From the NCBI GenBank assembly GCA_035687185.1, contig DASRYN010000151.1:1-36497 (forward strand): a DNA stretch of 36,497 nucleotides, in the 5' to 3' direction. Below, piece by piece: positions 1 to 9,939 of the stretch. The translations under genes and the position numbers were made by a program. Below the pieces are notes generated by a model, which saw only the letters and a program-made list of their open reading frames with translations, did not search any database and was not told where the DNA came from. Each line of letters opens with the position of its first letter. The stretch's first letter is position 1. This DNA comes from Pseudoxanthomonas sp. (GTDB lineage Bacteria; Pseudomonadota; Gammaproteobacteria; Xanthomonadales; Xanthomonadaceae).

Positions 1-744
<744 letters not shown>

Positions 745-769
745 CTCCAAGATCAAGGGAGGTTTGCTG

Positions 770-1270
770 ATGAACAACACGACCCGCGCGCTGCTGGCCG
801 CATGCCTGGTTTCCTCGCTGGCCCTGGCCGGCTGCAAGAAGGAGGAGCCGGTGGCCAACGAGGCCGCCGAGAAGAAGGTGCTGACCGCGCCCGCCAAGGA
901 CGACGACGCCGGCTGGAAGGCCTACCTGCCGGCGGTGGTGCAGGAGAACATGGGCAACATCACCAACAACCCGTTCCTGTACTACCTGCCGCCGGAGTCC
1001 GATCCGGAGTTCGCGGCCAAGTACGAGCGCCAGGTCGAGGCGGCCACCACCGCCATGGGCCGCGGCATCCAGAAGGGCAACCTGCTGGCCTTCGGTTCGC
1101 CGGCCTCGGCCAAGATGGCCGAGCTGATCGAGACCGCGTTCAAGGACGTGCCGCCGGACACGCTCAAGGGCGTGCGCATCCTGTTCATCGGCGACGCGGC
1201 CGACAACCCGCGCGTGCAGGCGGCCGTCGCGCCGACCGGCGCCGAGTACGTCTTCGTCGAAGCCAAGTAA
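770..1270 (+). CDS. Hypothetical lipoprotein
   Basis: GGGAGG SD before ATG 770; signal MNNTTRALLAACLVSSLALAG-C with lipobox; strongly biased GC3 codon usage. Confidence 0.8.
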   Translation: MNNTTRALLAACLVSSLALAGCKKEEPVANEAAEKKVLTAPAKDDDAGWKAYLPAVVQENMGNITNNPFLYYLPPESDPEFAAKYERQVEAATTAMGRGIQKGNLLAFGSPASAKMAELIETAFKDVPPDTLKGVRILFIGDAADNPRVQAAVAPTGAEYVFVEAK

Positions 1271-1327
1271 GCAAGAGGACCGTGCCGGCGGCGTCCCGCG
1301 TGGGCGCCGCCGGCGCAACCGCCCGTC

Positions 1328-1609
1328 GTGTCGCTCCGCATCAACGAACTCTGCGTCAACTGCGACGTCTGCGAGCCGGCCTGCCCGAACCGGGCCATCT
1401 CGATGGGCGAAACCATCTACGTGATCGACCCGGCGCGCTGCACCGAGTGCGTCGGCCACTTCGACGAGCCGCAATGCGTGGTCGTCTGCCCCGTGGAGTG
1501 CATCGATCCGGATCCCGAGCACCCGGAGGAGCGCGAGGCGCTGCTGGACAAGCTGCGCCGGCTGCAGCGGGAGCACCCCGAGTTTTACGCGCAGGAGGCC
1601 GCCCCATGA
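1328..1609 (+). CDS. yfhL: YfhL-family 2[4Fe-4S] ferredoxin
   Basis: CVNCDVCEPACP and CTECVGHFDEPQCVVVCP (Alvin-type insert); usual linkage to coaD. Confidence 0.93.
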   Translation: MSLRINELCVNCDVCEPACPNRAISMGETIYVIDPARCTECVGHFDEPQCVVVCPVECIDPDPEHPEEREALLDKLRRLQREHPEFYAQEAAP

Positions 1610-3363
1610 ACCTGCTTTCCCGTGCGCTGCTGGCGCTTTCGCTGCTGCTGCTTCCCGCGCTTTCCGCCGCGGCCGTGGAGGCGAAGCCCGGTGCTGAGCC
1701 GGCCGCCGCGTGCCCGCCGGGCGCCGCCATCGCCAGCGCGCACACGCTGGCTACCGAGGCCGGCTTCGAGGTGCTGGCGCAGGGCGGCAATGCGTTCGAC
1801 GCCGCGGTGGCGGTGTCGGCGGCGCTGTCGGTGGTCGAGCCGATCAGCTCCGGCCTGGGCGGCGGCGGCTTCTTCCTGCTGCACGACGCGGCCAGCGGCC
1901 GCGACGTGTTCGTCGACGCGCGCGAGACCGCGCCGGCCGCCGCCACGCCCGGCCGCTACCGCGACGCGGACGGCAGGCTGGACCGCGAGCATTCGCAGAA
2001 CGGCCCCTGGGCCGCGGCCATCCCGGGCCTGCCCGCGGGCCTGGTGCACGTGGCCCGGCGCTACGGGCGATTGCCGCTGTCGGCCAGCCTGGCCCCGGCC
2101 ATCCGCCTGGCGCGCGACGGCTTCCCGGTGTACGCGCGGCTGGAGCGCGGCTATGCCGCCCGCCGCGAGGTGATGGAGCGCTATCCCGGCACGCGCGCGG
2201 TGTTCTTGGCCGGCGGCCAGCCGCCCCGCCAGGGCCAGGTGCTGAAGCAGCCGGACCTGGCGCGCACGCTGGAGGCGCTGGCGCGCGACGGGTTCGACGG
2301 GTTCTACCGCGGCCCGGTGGCGAAGAAGCTGGTGGACGGCGTGCGCGCCGCCGGCGGCCGCTGGACCGCCGCCGAGCTGGCCGCGTACCAGGTGAAGGAA
2401 CGCGAGCCGCTGCGCTTCGGCTACCGCGGCTGGGAGATCGTGACCGCGCCGCCGCCGTCGTCCGGCGGCGTGGCGCTGGCGCAGATGCTGCAGGTGCTGG
2501 CGGGCTGGGACCTGCGCGGGATGGACCCGGCCGCGCGCGCGCACCTGACCATCGAATCCATGCGCCGCGCCTTCCGCGACCGCACCTTCTACCTGGGCGA
2601 CCCGGACTTCGTGCACGTGCCGGTGGACGTGCTGGCCAGCCCGTACTACGCCGCCGGCCTGCGCGCGACCATCAACCCGGAGCAGGCCACGCCCAGCGAC
2701 GTCTTCTCCGGCCTGCCCACGCCGCTGGAAGACGAGGAGACCACGCACTTCTCGATCATCGACGCCGAGGGCAACCGCGCCGCGGTCACCCAGACGGTGA
2801 ACCTGCTGTTCGGCTCGGGCCTGGTGCCGCCGGGCACCGGCGTGCTGCTCAACAACGAGATGGACGACTTCGCGCTGCTGCCGGGCCAGGCCAACGCCTT
2901 CGGCGTGATGGGCTACGAGGCCAACGCGCCGGCGCCGGGCAAGCGGCCGCTCAGTTCGATGACCCCGACCTTCATGGTCTCGCCCGACCGCATCGCGGTG
3001 CTGGGCACGCCGGGCGGCAGCCGCATCATCACCATGGTGCTGCTGGGCGTGCTGGGCTACGCCGACGGGCTGGGCGCGCAGGCGGTGGCCGCGCTGCCGC
3101 GCTACCACCACCAGTGGAAGCCGGACGTGGTGCAGGCCGAGACCGGCGCCTTCGACCCCGCCGTGGCCGCGCGGCTGCGCGCGATGGGCCACGTCCTGCA
3201 GATGCCGGAGGACGCCGTGTCCGGGCGCGCCTCCAGCCACGTCTGGGGCAACCTGCAGACGGTGATGTGGGACCGGCGCCGCGGCGCGCTGGAGGCCGGC
3301 GGCGACCCGCGCCATCCGGAAAGCTCGGCGCAGGTGCGGCAGGCGCCGCAGGCGGCGCCCTGA
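1606..3363 (+). CDS. ggt: Gamma-glutamyltransferase (exported)
   Basis: ATG 1606 overlaps the yfhL stop; signal peptide; GGNAFDAAVA, SGLGGGGF, ETTHFS (catalytic Thr), LNNEMDDF, GKRPLSSMTP, GTPGGSRI. Confidence 0.95.
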   Translation: MNLLSRALLALSLLLLPALSAAAVEAKPGAEPAAACPPGAAIASAHTLATEAGFEVLAQGGNAFDAAVAVSAALSVVEPISSGLGGGGFFLLHDAASGRDVFVDARETAPAAATPGRYRDADGRLDREHSQNGPWAAAIPGLPAGLVHVARRYGRLPLSASLAPAIRLARDGFPVYARLERGYAARREVMERYPGTRAVFLAGGQPPRQGQVLKQPDLARTLEALARDGFDGFYRGPVAKKLVDGVRAAGGRWTAAELAAYQVKEREPLRFGYRGWEIVTAPPPSSGGVALAQMLQVLAGWDLRGMDPAARAHLTIESMRRAFRDRTFYLGDPDFVHVPVDVLASPYYAAGLRATINPEQATPSDVFSGLPTPLEDEETTHFSIIDAEGNRAAVTQTVNLLFGSGLVPPGTGVLLNNEMDDFALLPGQANAFGVMGYEANAPAPGKRPLSSMTPTFMVSPDRIAVLGTPGGSRIITMVLLGVLGYADGLGAQAVAALPRYHHQWKPDVVQAETGAFDPAVAARLRAMGHVLQMPEDAVSGRASSHVWGNLQTVMWDRRRGALEAGGDPRHPESSAQVRQAPQAAP

Positions 3364-3400
3364 GCGGGCACGGCTTGCGGATTCTTAACCGCGGCGCCGC

Positions 3401-3406
3401 TAGCAT
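3401..3406 (+). promoter_or_regulatory. Putative -10 element (TAGCAT) for a leaderless transcript
   Basis: TAGCAT ends 6 nt before ATG 3413; no SD in between. Confidence 0.4.
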
Positions 3407-3412
3407 TCGCGC

Positions 3413-4303
3413 ATGAAACTCTGGTCCATCCGCGGCAACTCGCAGAAGCTCGACGGCGGCTCCATGTTCGGCAACGCGCCGAAGGCCATGTGGGAGAAGT
3501 GGGCCCCGCCGGACGAGCACAACCGCATCGACCTGGCCTGCCGCGCGCTGCTGGCCAGCCCGCTCAACGGCAGGACCGTGCTGTTCGAGACCGGCATCGG
3601 CGCGTTCTTCGAGCCGAAGCTGCGCGAGCGCTACGGCGTGCAGGAGGACCGCCACGTCCTCGTCGATTCGCTGCGCGCGGCCGGCTTCGAGCACGAGGAC
3701 ATCGACGTGGTGGTGCTCAGCCACCTGCACTTCGACCACGCCGGCGGGTTGCTGGCGCCCTGGGCGGAAGGGCGCGCGCCGGAGCTGCTGTTCCCCAACG
3801 CGACCTACCTGGTCGGCGCCGCGCACTGGGCGCGCGCGCGCAACCCGCATCCGCGCGACCGCGCCAGTTTCATCCCCGAGCTGCCCGGCCTGCTGGAGGG
3901 CAGCGGCCGGCTGGAGCTCGTCGACGGCCCGCGCTCGCGCGCGCTGGGCGATGCGGTGCGCTTCCACTTCAGCGACGGCCACACGCCGGGGCTGATGCTG
4001 GGGGAGATCCTCGGGCCGGAGGTCGTGGACGGGCAGCCGCACGGCGGCGTGGCGTTCTGCGCCGACCTCATCCCCGGCCGCTCCTGGGTGCACCTGCCCA
4101 TCACTATGGGCTACGACCGCAACGCCGAGCTGCTGATCGACGAGAAGCGCGCCTTCCTGGAAGACAAGCTGGCGCGCGACGTGCACCTGTTCTTTACCCA
4201 CGACCCCGGCTGCGCCCTGGCCCGCGTGGTGCGGGACGCCAGGGGGCGCTTCGGCACCGCCAACGAGGTGCCCGAACTGCAGGCGCGGCCGCTGGCCGCC
4301 TGA
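3413..4303 (+). CDS. MBL-fold metallo-hydrolase (YtnP-like)
   Basis: LDGGSMFG N-terminus, HLHFDHAGG (HxHxDH), GHTPG, ADLIP, FTHDP. Confidence 0.9.
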   Translation: MKLWSIRGNSQKLDGGSMFGNAPKAMWEKWAPPDEHNRIDLACRALLASPLNGRTVLFETGIGAFFEPKLRERYGVQEDRHVLVDSLRAAGFEHEDIDVVVLSHLHFDHAGGLLAPWAEGRAPELLFPNATYLVGAAHWARARNPHPRDRASFIPELPGLLEGSGRLELVDGPRSRALGDAVRFHFSDGHTPGLMLGEILGPEVVDGQPHGGVAFCADLIPGRSWVHLPITMGYDRNAELLIDEKRAFLEDKLARDVHLFFTHDPGCALARVVRDARGRFGTANEVPELQARPLAA

Positions 4304-4379
4304 GCCGGCGGCGCCCTGGCGCTTGCCACGGCGCGCCGCTCCCACGAGGATGGGCGCTCCACCGTCGGGGAGGTGCTGC

Positions 4380-6158
4380 ATGGGAGTTCCGCGTCCGCTG
4401 TCCGTCCGTTCCGTCCTGTCGCTGGCCGCGCTGGTGGCGGCCGTGCCCGCCGCGTGCGCGGCGCCCGCATCCGGGCCGGCGGTGCAGGTCCGCATCGACC
4501 AGCTCGGCTTCCTGCCCGGCGCGCACAAGCTCGCGCTGGTGGAGGGCGGGCCGGCGCGCGCGTTCGAGGTGGTGGACGAGGGCGGGCAGGTGGTATTGCG
4601 CGGCACGCTGCCGGCCGCGGCGCGCTGGGAGGCCTCCGGCAGCGAGGCCGCGGTGGCGGACCTGAGCGCGCTGTCCGTGCCGGGCCGCTACCGCCTGCGC
4701 GTGGACGGGGCGGTGGCGTCCGATCCGTTCGCGGTCGATCCGCAGGCCTACGCGGGGCTGGCCGACGCCGCCCTCAAGGCGTTCTACTTCAACCGTGCCG
4801 GCACCGCGCTGGCGCCGGCGCATGCCGGGCCCTACGCGCGCCCGGCCGGCCATCCGGACACCGAGGTGGAGATCCATCCTTCCGCCGCCTCGCCATCGCA
4901 CCCGGCCGGCAGCGTGGTGTCCGCGCCGAAGGGCTGGTACGACGCCGGCGACTACAACAAATACGTGGTGAACTCCGGCATCTCGACCTGGACGCTGCTC
5001 GCGGCCTGGGAGCACTACCCGGAATTCTTCCGCGGCCGCGACCTGGGCATCCCGGAAAGCGGCGACGCGGTGCCGGACATCCTCGACGAGGCCTGGTGGA
5101 ACCTGGAGTGGATGCTGGCCATGCAGGACGCGGGCGACGGCGGCGTCTGGCACAAGCTCACCAACCTGCGCTTCGACGGCGAGGTGATGCCCGAGCGCGC
5201 CACCGCGCGGCGCTACATGGTCGGCAAGGGCACCGCCGCGGCGCTGGACTTCGCCGCGGTGATGGCCATCGCCAGCCGCCTGTACGCGCCGTACGAGGCG
5301 CGTTTCCCCGGCGCGCCCGCGCGGATGCGCGCGGCGGCCGAGGCCGCCTGGCGCTGGGCGCAGGCGCATCCGGACGTGGCCTACCGGCAGCCGCAGGACG
5401 TCCACACCGGTGCCTACGGCGATTCGCGCTTCGACGACGAGTTCGCCTGGGCCGCGGCCGAGCTCTACCTGCTGACCGGCGATGCGCAGTACTGGCGCGC
5501 GTTCGAGCGCCACGCCGCCGATCCCGGCGTGCCGTCGTGGGCCAGCGTCGGCGCGCTGGGATGGGTGTCGCTGGCCCACCATCGCGCGCGCCTGCCCGAC
5601 GAGACCGCGCGGCGGCGCGTGGAGACGGCGGTGGAATCGCTGGCCGACGCGCTGGCCGCCCGCTGGAAGGCCTCGCCGTGGCGCGTGGCCATGCAGCCGG
5701 GCGATTTCGTCTGGGGCAGCAACGCGGTCGCGCTGAACCAGGCGATGATGCTGCTGCAGGGCTACCGCATCTCGCAGCGGCGCGAGCACCTCGACGCGGC
5801 GCAGTCCCAGCTGGACTACGTGCTGGGGCGCAACCCGCTGGGCGTGTCGTTCGTGACCGGGCAGGGCCTGCGCACGCCGCGCCACGTGCATCACCGCCCC
5901 TCGCAGGCCGACGGCATCGACGCGCCGGTGCCCGGCTGGCTGTCCGGCGGCCCCAATCCGGGCCGGCAGGATGCGAAGGACTGCCCGGTGCCGTACCCGT
6001 CGGCGCTGCCCGCGCGGGCCTGGCTGGACCACGGCTGCAGCTACGCCAGCAACGAGGTGGCGATCAACTGGAACGCGCCGCTGGTGTACGTCGCGGCGGG
6101 GGTCCAGGCGCTGACGCCGGCAAGCGCGCAAGCGGGCGCGTCGGACGGCAGTCCCTAG
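4380..6158 (+). CDS. Secreted glycoside hydrolase family 9 cellulase with N-terminal Ig-like domain
   Basis: GGGGAGG SD; signal peptide; GWYDAGDYNKY, DYVLGRNP, HVHHRPS and SYASNEVAINWNA GH9 signatures. Confidence 0.92.
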   Translation: MGVPRPLSVRSVLSLAALVAAVPAACAAPASGPAVQVRIDQLGFLPGAHKLALVEGGPARAFEVVDEGGQVVLRGTLPAAARWEASGSEAAVADLSALSVPGRYRLRVDGAVASDPFAVDPQAYAGLADAALKAFYFNRAGTALAPAHAGPYARPAGHPDTEVEIHPSAASPSHPAGSVVSAPKGWYDAGDYNKYVVNSGISTWTLLAAWEHYPEFFRGRDLGIPESGDAVPDILDEAWWNLEWMLAMQDAGDGGVWHKLTNLRFDGEVMPERATARRYMVGKGTAAALDFAAVMAIASRLYAPYEARFPGAPARMRAAAEAAWRWAQAHPDVAYRQPQDVHTGAYGDSRFDDEFAWAAAELYLLTGDAQYWRAFERHAADPGVPSWASVGALGWVSLAHHRARLPDETARRRVETAVESLADALAARWKASPWRVAMQPGDFVWGSNAVALNQAMMLLQGYRISQRREHLDAAQSQLDYVLGRNPLGVSFVTGQGLRTPRHVHHRPSQADGIDAPVPGWLSGGPNPGRQDAKDCPVPYPSALPARAWLDHGCSYASNEVAINWNAPLVYVAAGVQALTPASAQAGASDGSP

Positions 6159-6180
6159 CCGGCTTGCGGGATATGCGTGG

Positions 6181-6206
6181 CCGGTTGGCGCCACCGCGCC
6201 AACCGG
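6181..6206. terminator. GC hairpin between convergent GH9 and upp
   Basis: 11-bp stem ccggttggcgc/gcgccaaccgg, 4-nt loop, no U-tract. Confidence 0.35.
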
Positions 6207-6212
6207 GCGCCT

Positions 6213-6842
6213 CTACAGCCGCGTGCCGAAGATGCGGTCGCCGGCATCGCCCAGGCCGGGCAGGATGTAGCCCCGGTCGTTGAGGCGCTCGTCGATGGCC
6301 GCGGTGTAGGCGGTCACGTCCGGGTGCGCGGCCTCGAGCGCGGCGAGTCCCTCGGGCGCGGCGACCAGGAAGATGCCCTTGATGCGGCGGGCGCCGGCAC
6401 GCTTGAGCATGTCGATGGTGGCGACGAGCGTGCCGCCGGTGGCGAGCATGGGGTCGAGGATGAGCGCATCGCGCTCGTCCAGGCGGCCGGTGAGGCGCTC
6501 GAAGTAGGGCACGGGCTGCAGCGTCTCTTCGTCCCGTTGCAGGCCCACCACGCTGACCTTTGCCGCCGGGATCAGCGCCAGCACGCCGGGCAGCATGCCC
6601 AGGCCGGCGCGCAGGATCGGCACCAGAGTGATCTTGGCGCCGGCGATGCGCCGCACCTGCACGGGGCCCGCCCAGCCGTCCACGCTCGCCGCCTCGGTTT
6701 CCAGGTCGGCGGTGGCCTCGTAGGCGAGCAGGGTGCCCAGTTCGGTCACCAGTTCGCGGAAGCCCTTGGTGCTGAGCGAGGCGTCGCGCAGCAGGCCGAT
6801 CTTGTGCTGTACCAGCGGGTGGCGGACTTCGACGGCGGCCAT
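6213..6842 (-). CDS. upp: Uracil phosphoribosyltransferase
   Basis: [47 protein letters not shown]; 209 aa from ATG 6842. Confidence 0.97.
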   Translation of the reverse strand: MAAVEVRHPLVQHKIGLLRDASLSTKGFRELVTELGTLLAYEATADLETEAASVDGWAGPVQVRRIAGAKITLVPILRAGLGMLPGVLALIPAAKVSVVGLQRDEETLQPVPYFERLTGRLDERDALILDPMLATGGTLVATIDMLKRAGARRIKGIFLVAAPEGLAALEAAHPDVTAYTAAIDERLNDRGYILPGLGDAGDRIFGTRL

Positions 6843-7024
6843 GGCGGGACGGTGCGGTAGGGGTGGGCATAGTCTGCCCGGTCCGGCCACGGATCCGCGA
6901 GGGGCTGGCAGGGCTGCAAAAGCCGGGTGCGTTGGGGAGGCCGTGTCCTGCCGCGATCGTTGGCGGGCGTCGCTGCGGTCGCCAGAAGCACGGGCAGCGC
7001 CCGCGTCTTCGCGAGCCGCCGCCT

Positions 7025-7227
7025 TCGCAGGAGGCGGCCTTGCCGGCGACACGGGCGACGGGATGACGAGGTGGCCAGCCATCCGGCGTGGCATGTCGCC
7101 CGCAAGGCGGGCTCCTACAGGGTGGGGCGTTCCTGCATGTTTCTGGTGCGTCGGGCGGCCGATGGCATGTTCTCGCAGGAGCCGGCTTTGCCGGCGACAC
7201 GGGCGACGGGATGACGAGGCGGCCAGC
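7025..7227. repeat. REP/BIME-like cluster: two 55-bp direct repeats flanking an inverted GTAG-type REP
   Basis: 7025-7079 and 7173-7227 match at 52/55; each begins with GCAGGAG(G/C)CGGC(C/T)TTGCCGGCGA; 7096-7118 reads GTAGGAGCCCGCCTTGCGGGCGA on the minus strand. Confidence 0.75.
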
Positions 7228-7325
7228 ATGGGACGGCACGGCCACAGCCGCAGCCGCAGCCTCCCCGTCCGTGGTCACCGGCATCCGCCGCGGCATCCTC
7301 GCCATTCCGCCTTCCAGACCGGTCC

Positions 7326-7354
7326 AAAAAAGGAGCCGGCCTGCGCCGGCTCCT
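7326..7354 (-). terminator. Intrinsic terminator of the TonB-dependent receptor gene
   Basis: Stem aggagccggc/gccggctcct followed by a T-run on the minus strand, about 20 nt after the stop. Confidence 0.8.
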
Positions 7355-7374
7355 CCTTCCCCCGGTGCGTGCCG

Positions 7375-9771
7375 TCAGAACGCCCAGCGCATGACCAGCT
7401 GGTAGCTCGGGCCGGCTTCCTCGGTCTCCAGCTCGTACTCGTCGTAGTCGCGATCGAGCTGGTCCTCCAGCGTGTTGAACTTGTCGAAGAATTCGTCCTT
7501 GCTCGCGTCGAGCAGGTTGTTGGCCGACAGGCGCACCGAGAAGCTGTCGCCGAAGCGCTTCTCCACGAATGCGTCCAGCTCCTCGCCGTAGCGGATGAGC
7601 GCTTCCTCGCCCATGAGCCGCGTGTAGGCGTCGCCCTGCTTGCGGTAGGTCACGCCGAAGCTGGCGGCCAGCGTCGGCAGGTCCTGGATGAAGCCGATGT
7701 TGAAGGTGCTCTTGGCTTGGTCGTTGAAGCGGCGCTCGCCCATGAAGTCGTCCACCTTCGAATCGACCCACGAGTAGTTCAGGAACACGCCCGTGTTGTC
7801 CATGCCGAACACGGACAGCGGGGTGGACAGGTCGAACTCGAAGCCGTAGACCTTGCCGTCGCCGACGTTGGCCGAGGTGAACAGCCAGCTGTCCGGCTGG
7901 AACGGGTTGGCGGCGATGGCTTCCGCCTCGCTCGCGTAGTCGCCGTCCTCGACCATCTCGGCGATGTCGTCCTCGTAGTCCTCGATCGCGGCCTCGCTGG
8001 GCTCGCCGGTGTTCACCAGCTCGACCAGGTCCTTCACGTCGCGGTAGAAGAAGTTCAGGCCCACCACGCCGCGGCGGCCGAGGCGGTGTTCGAAGCCCAG
8101 GTCGATGCCGTTGGCCGTCTCCGGCTCCAGCTCCGGGTTGCCGATGTAGTCGTTGTCGCCGAACTCGCCGTCCAGCAGCGCCGGCACCAGCTCGTTGAAG
8201 TTGGGGCGCTTGACGGTCCGGGCCAGCGACAGGTTGATGCGGTCCGCCTCGGTGACGTCCCAGCGCAGGTTCACCGAGGGCAGCAGCTCGTTGTAGTCCT
8301 TGTCGACGCGGCCTTCGCTTTCGCCGTCCTCCAGGTAGTCCACCTGGCCGCGGGTGGTCTCGTAGCGCAGGCCGGCCTCCCAGGCGAACACCGCCCCCTT
8401 GCCGCTGAGCATGACGTACGGGTCCACCCGCTTCTCCTCGATCACCGAGGCCACGCTGCCGTCGAGCGCGTAGTCGGCCGGGAAGCGCGGGGCGGCCTGG
8501 CCTTCCTCGTCGGCCTCCCACTCGTAGCTGGTGACCAGGCTCTCGCGCTTCTTGTTGCGCACATCCACGCCGAACTCCAGTTCGGCGCCGCCGGCCGGGC
8601 GCTTGTGCGCCAGGGTGAAGCCGGTCTCGCTGTCCTTGGCGTCGATGGCCTCGGCCTCGTAGGCGGTCTCGTCCCACTCGGCGCCGTCCACGCTCCAGGT
8701 GTCGTCCCAGTTCTCCGCGCCGCTGACGTAGACGTCCTCGCCCTCGGTGGTGCCCTCGTAGTCCTCGAAGCGGGCGTGGTCCAGGCTCAGCCGCGTGGTG
8801 CCGCCGGCCATGCCGAAGCGGTACTCCAGGCCGACGCCGTAGTTCTTCTGGTCGTAGGGGTTCAGGCCAGGCACCCGCTTGTTCTGGACCTCGTCGTCGT
8901 CCAGCTCCTCCTCGAACGACACCTCGGTGACGTCGCGGTCGGTCTTGACGTAGAACGCGTCGAGGCTGAAGCGGCCGGTCTGGCCCACGTCGGCCGTGTA
9001 GCTCAGGTTGGCCGAGTAGTCGCGGCCGTCCTTCACCTCGGTCTGGTCCTCCCAGCTGACCTTCTCCTCCATCGTGTCGTCGGTGAAGCGGTCCGAGCGC
9101 TTGAACTTGGAGCGGTAGCGGTCCTGCACGTTGACGCCCGCCAGCAGGCGGCCCCCCAGGGCCTCCAGCGAGGTCACCGCGCCGAAGGTGGGGTTCACCT
9201 CGCCGTCGTCCCAGCGGTTGGCGCCGATGCGCACGTAGCTGCCCTCGAACTCGTAGGCGTCGCGCAGCACGATGTTGATGGCGCCGGCGACGGCGTCGCC
9301 GCTGCGGTTGGCGCTGGCGCTGCGCTTGATCTCGATGTGGTCGACCATCTCGGCCGGGATCCGGTCGACGTAGAAGGACCGGTCGTCGCCGGCGCCGGGC
9401 ACCTTCTTGCCGTTGATCAGCACCTGGGTGTAGCCGCCGCCCAGGCCGCGCAGCTGCGCGCCGTCGTACTCCATGATGTCGCTGCCCACGAAGCCCACGC
9501 CGGGCACGCGCTTGAGCATGTCGCCGACGGTGTTGGGCTCGAACCGCTGGAAGTACTCCAGGTCGTACACCAGGGTGGGTTCGATGTCGGCGGCGCGGTT
9601 GCGGTAGGCGATCTCGCCCTGCACCACGATCGCGTCCAGCTGCTTGGGCTCGCCGCCGCCGCCGGCCGATCCATCGGGCGCGGCGGTTTCCGCGGCGATG
9701 GCGCCGGCGGGCAGCAGGACGGCGCAGGCGAGCGCGCGGGACAGGCCGACGGCCAGGGCATTGCGTTTCAT
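7375..9771 (-). CDS. TonB-dependent outer membrane receptor
   Basis: Signal MKRNALAVGLSRALACAVLLPAGAIA; TonB box LDAIVVQG; plug motifs LKRVPGV, QLRGLGGGYTQVLING, GDAVAGAINIV; GNPELEPE; NNLLD; C-terminal Phe. Confidence 0.93.
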   Translation of the reverse strand: MKRNALAVGLSRALACAVLLPAGAIAAETAAPDGSAGGGGEPKQLDAIVVQGEIAYRNRAADIEPTLVYDLEYFQRFEPNTVGDMLKRVPGVGFVGSDIMEYDGAQLRGLGGGYTQVLINGKKVPGAGDDRSFYVDRIPAEMVDHIEIKRSASANRSGDAVAGAINIVLRDAYEFEGSYVRIGANRWDDGEVNPTFGAVTSLEALGGRLLAGVNVQDRYRSKFKRSDRFTDDTMEEKVSWEDQTEVKDGRDYSANLSYTADVGQTGRFSLDAFYVKTDRDVTEVSFEEELDDDEVQNKRVPGLNPYDQKNYGVGLEYRFGMAGGTTRLSLDHARFEDYEGTTEGEDVYVSGAENWDDTWSVDGAEWDETAYEAEAIDAKDSETGFTLAHKRPAGGAELEFGVDVRNKKRESLVTSYEWEADEEGQAAPRFPADYALDGSVASVIEEKRVDPYVMLSGKGAVFAWEAGLRYETTRGQVDYLEDGESEGRVDKDYNELLPSVNLRWDVTEADRINLSLARTVKRPNFNELVPALLDGEFGDNDYIGNPELEPETANGIDLGFEHRLGRRGVVGLNFFYRDVKDLVELVNTGEPSEAAIEDYEDDIAEMVEDGDYASEAEAIAANPFQPDSWLFTSANVGDGKVYGFEFDLSTPLSVFGMDNTGVFLNYSWVDSKVDDFMGERRFNDQAKSTFNIGFIQDLPTLAASFGVTYRKQGDAYTRLMGEEALIRYGEELDAFVEKRFGDSFSVRLSANNLLDASKDEFFDKFNTLEDQLDRDYDEYELETEEAGPSYQLVMRWAF

Positions 9772-9821
9772 GTGGGGAAGCATCCGTGGGTGGTAAATGA
9801 ACGGAACTTTCACCCGCGGAT

Positions 9822-9850
9822 GTGGCACTCGCATGACAGCGCCGTGTCGG
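9822..9850 (-). promoter_or_regulatory. Putative Pho box upstream of the TBDR
   Basis: Minus strand CCGACAC-ggcg-CTGTCAT-gcga-GTGCCAC: 7-bp units at 11-bp period, one a perfect CTGTCAT. Confidence 0.55.
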
Positions 9851-9878
9851 CGTCAAGGTTCGATGTCGCTTCGCCGGA

Positions 9879-9896
9879 TTGTCACAATCGCGTCAT
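9879..9896 (+). promoter_or_regulatory. Putative Pho box upstream of the phytase-like operon
   Basis: TTGTCAC-aatc-GCGTCAT, GTCA(C/T) cores exactly 11 bp apart, 43 nt before ATG 9940. Confidence 0.65.
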
Positions 9897-9939
9897 ACGA
9901 TGCGCGCTTCCGTCGTCTTTGCCCCGGGGATCCGAACAG

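Noticed and set aside
7025-7227. Possible mini CRISPR array
   Set aside because: Only two 55-bp copies, the spacer contains an inverted REP, and there are no cas genes.
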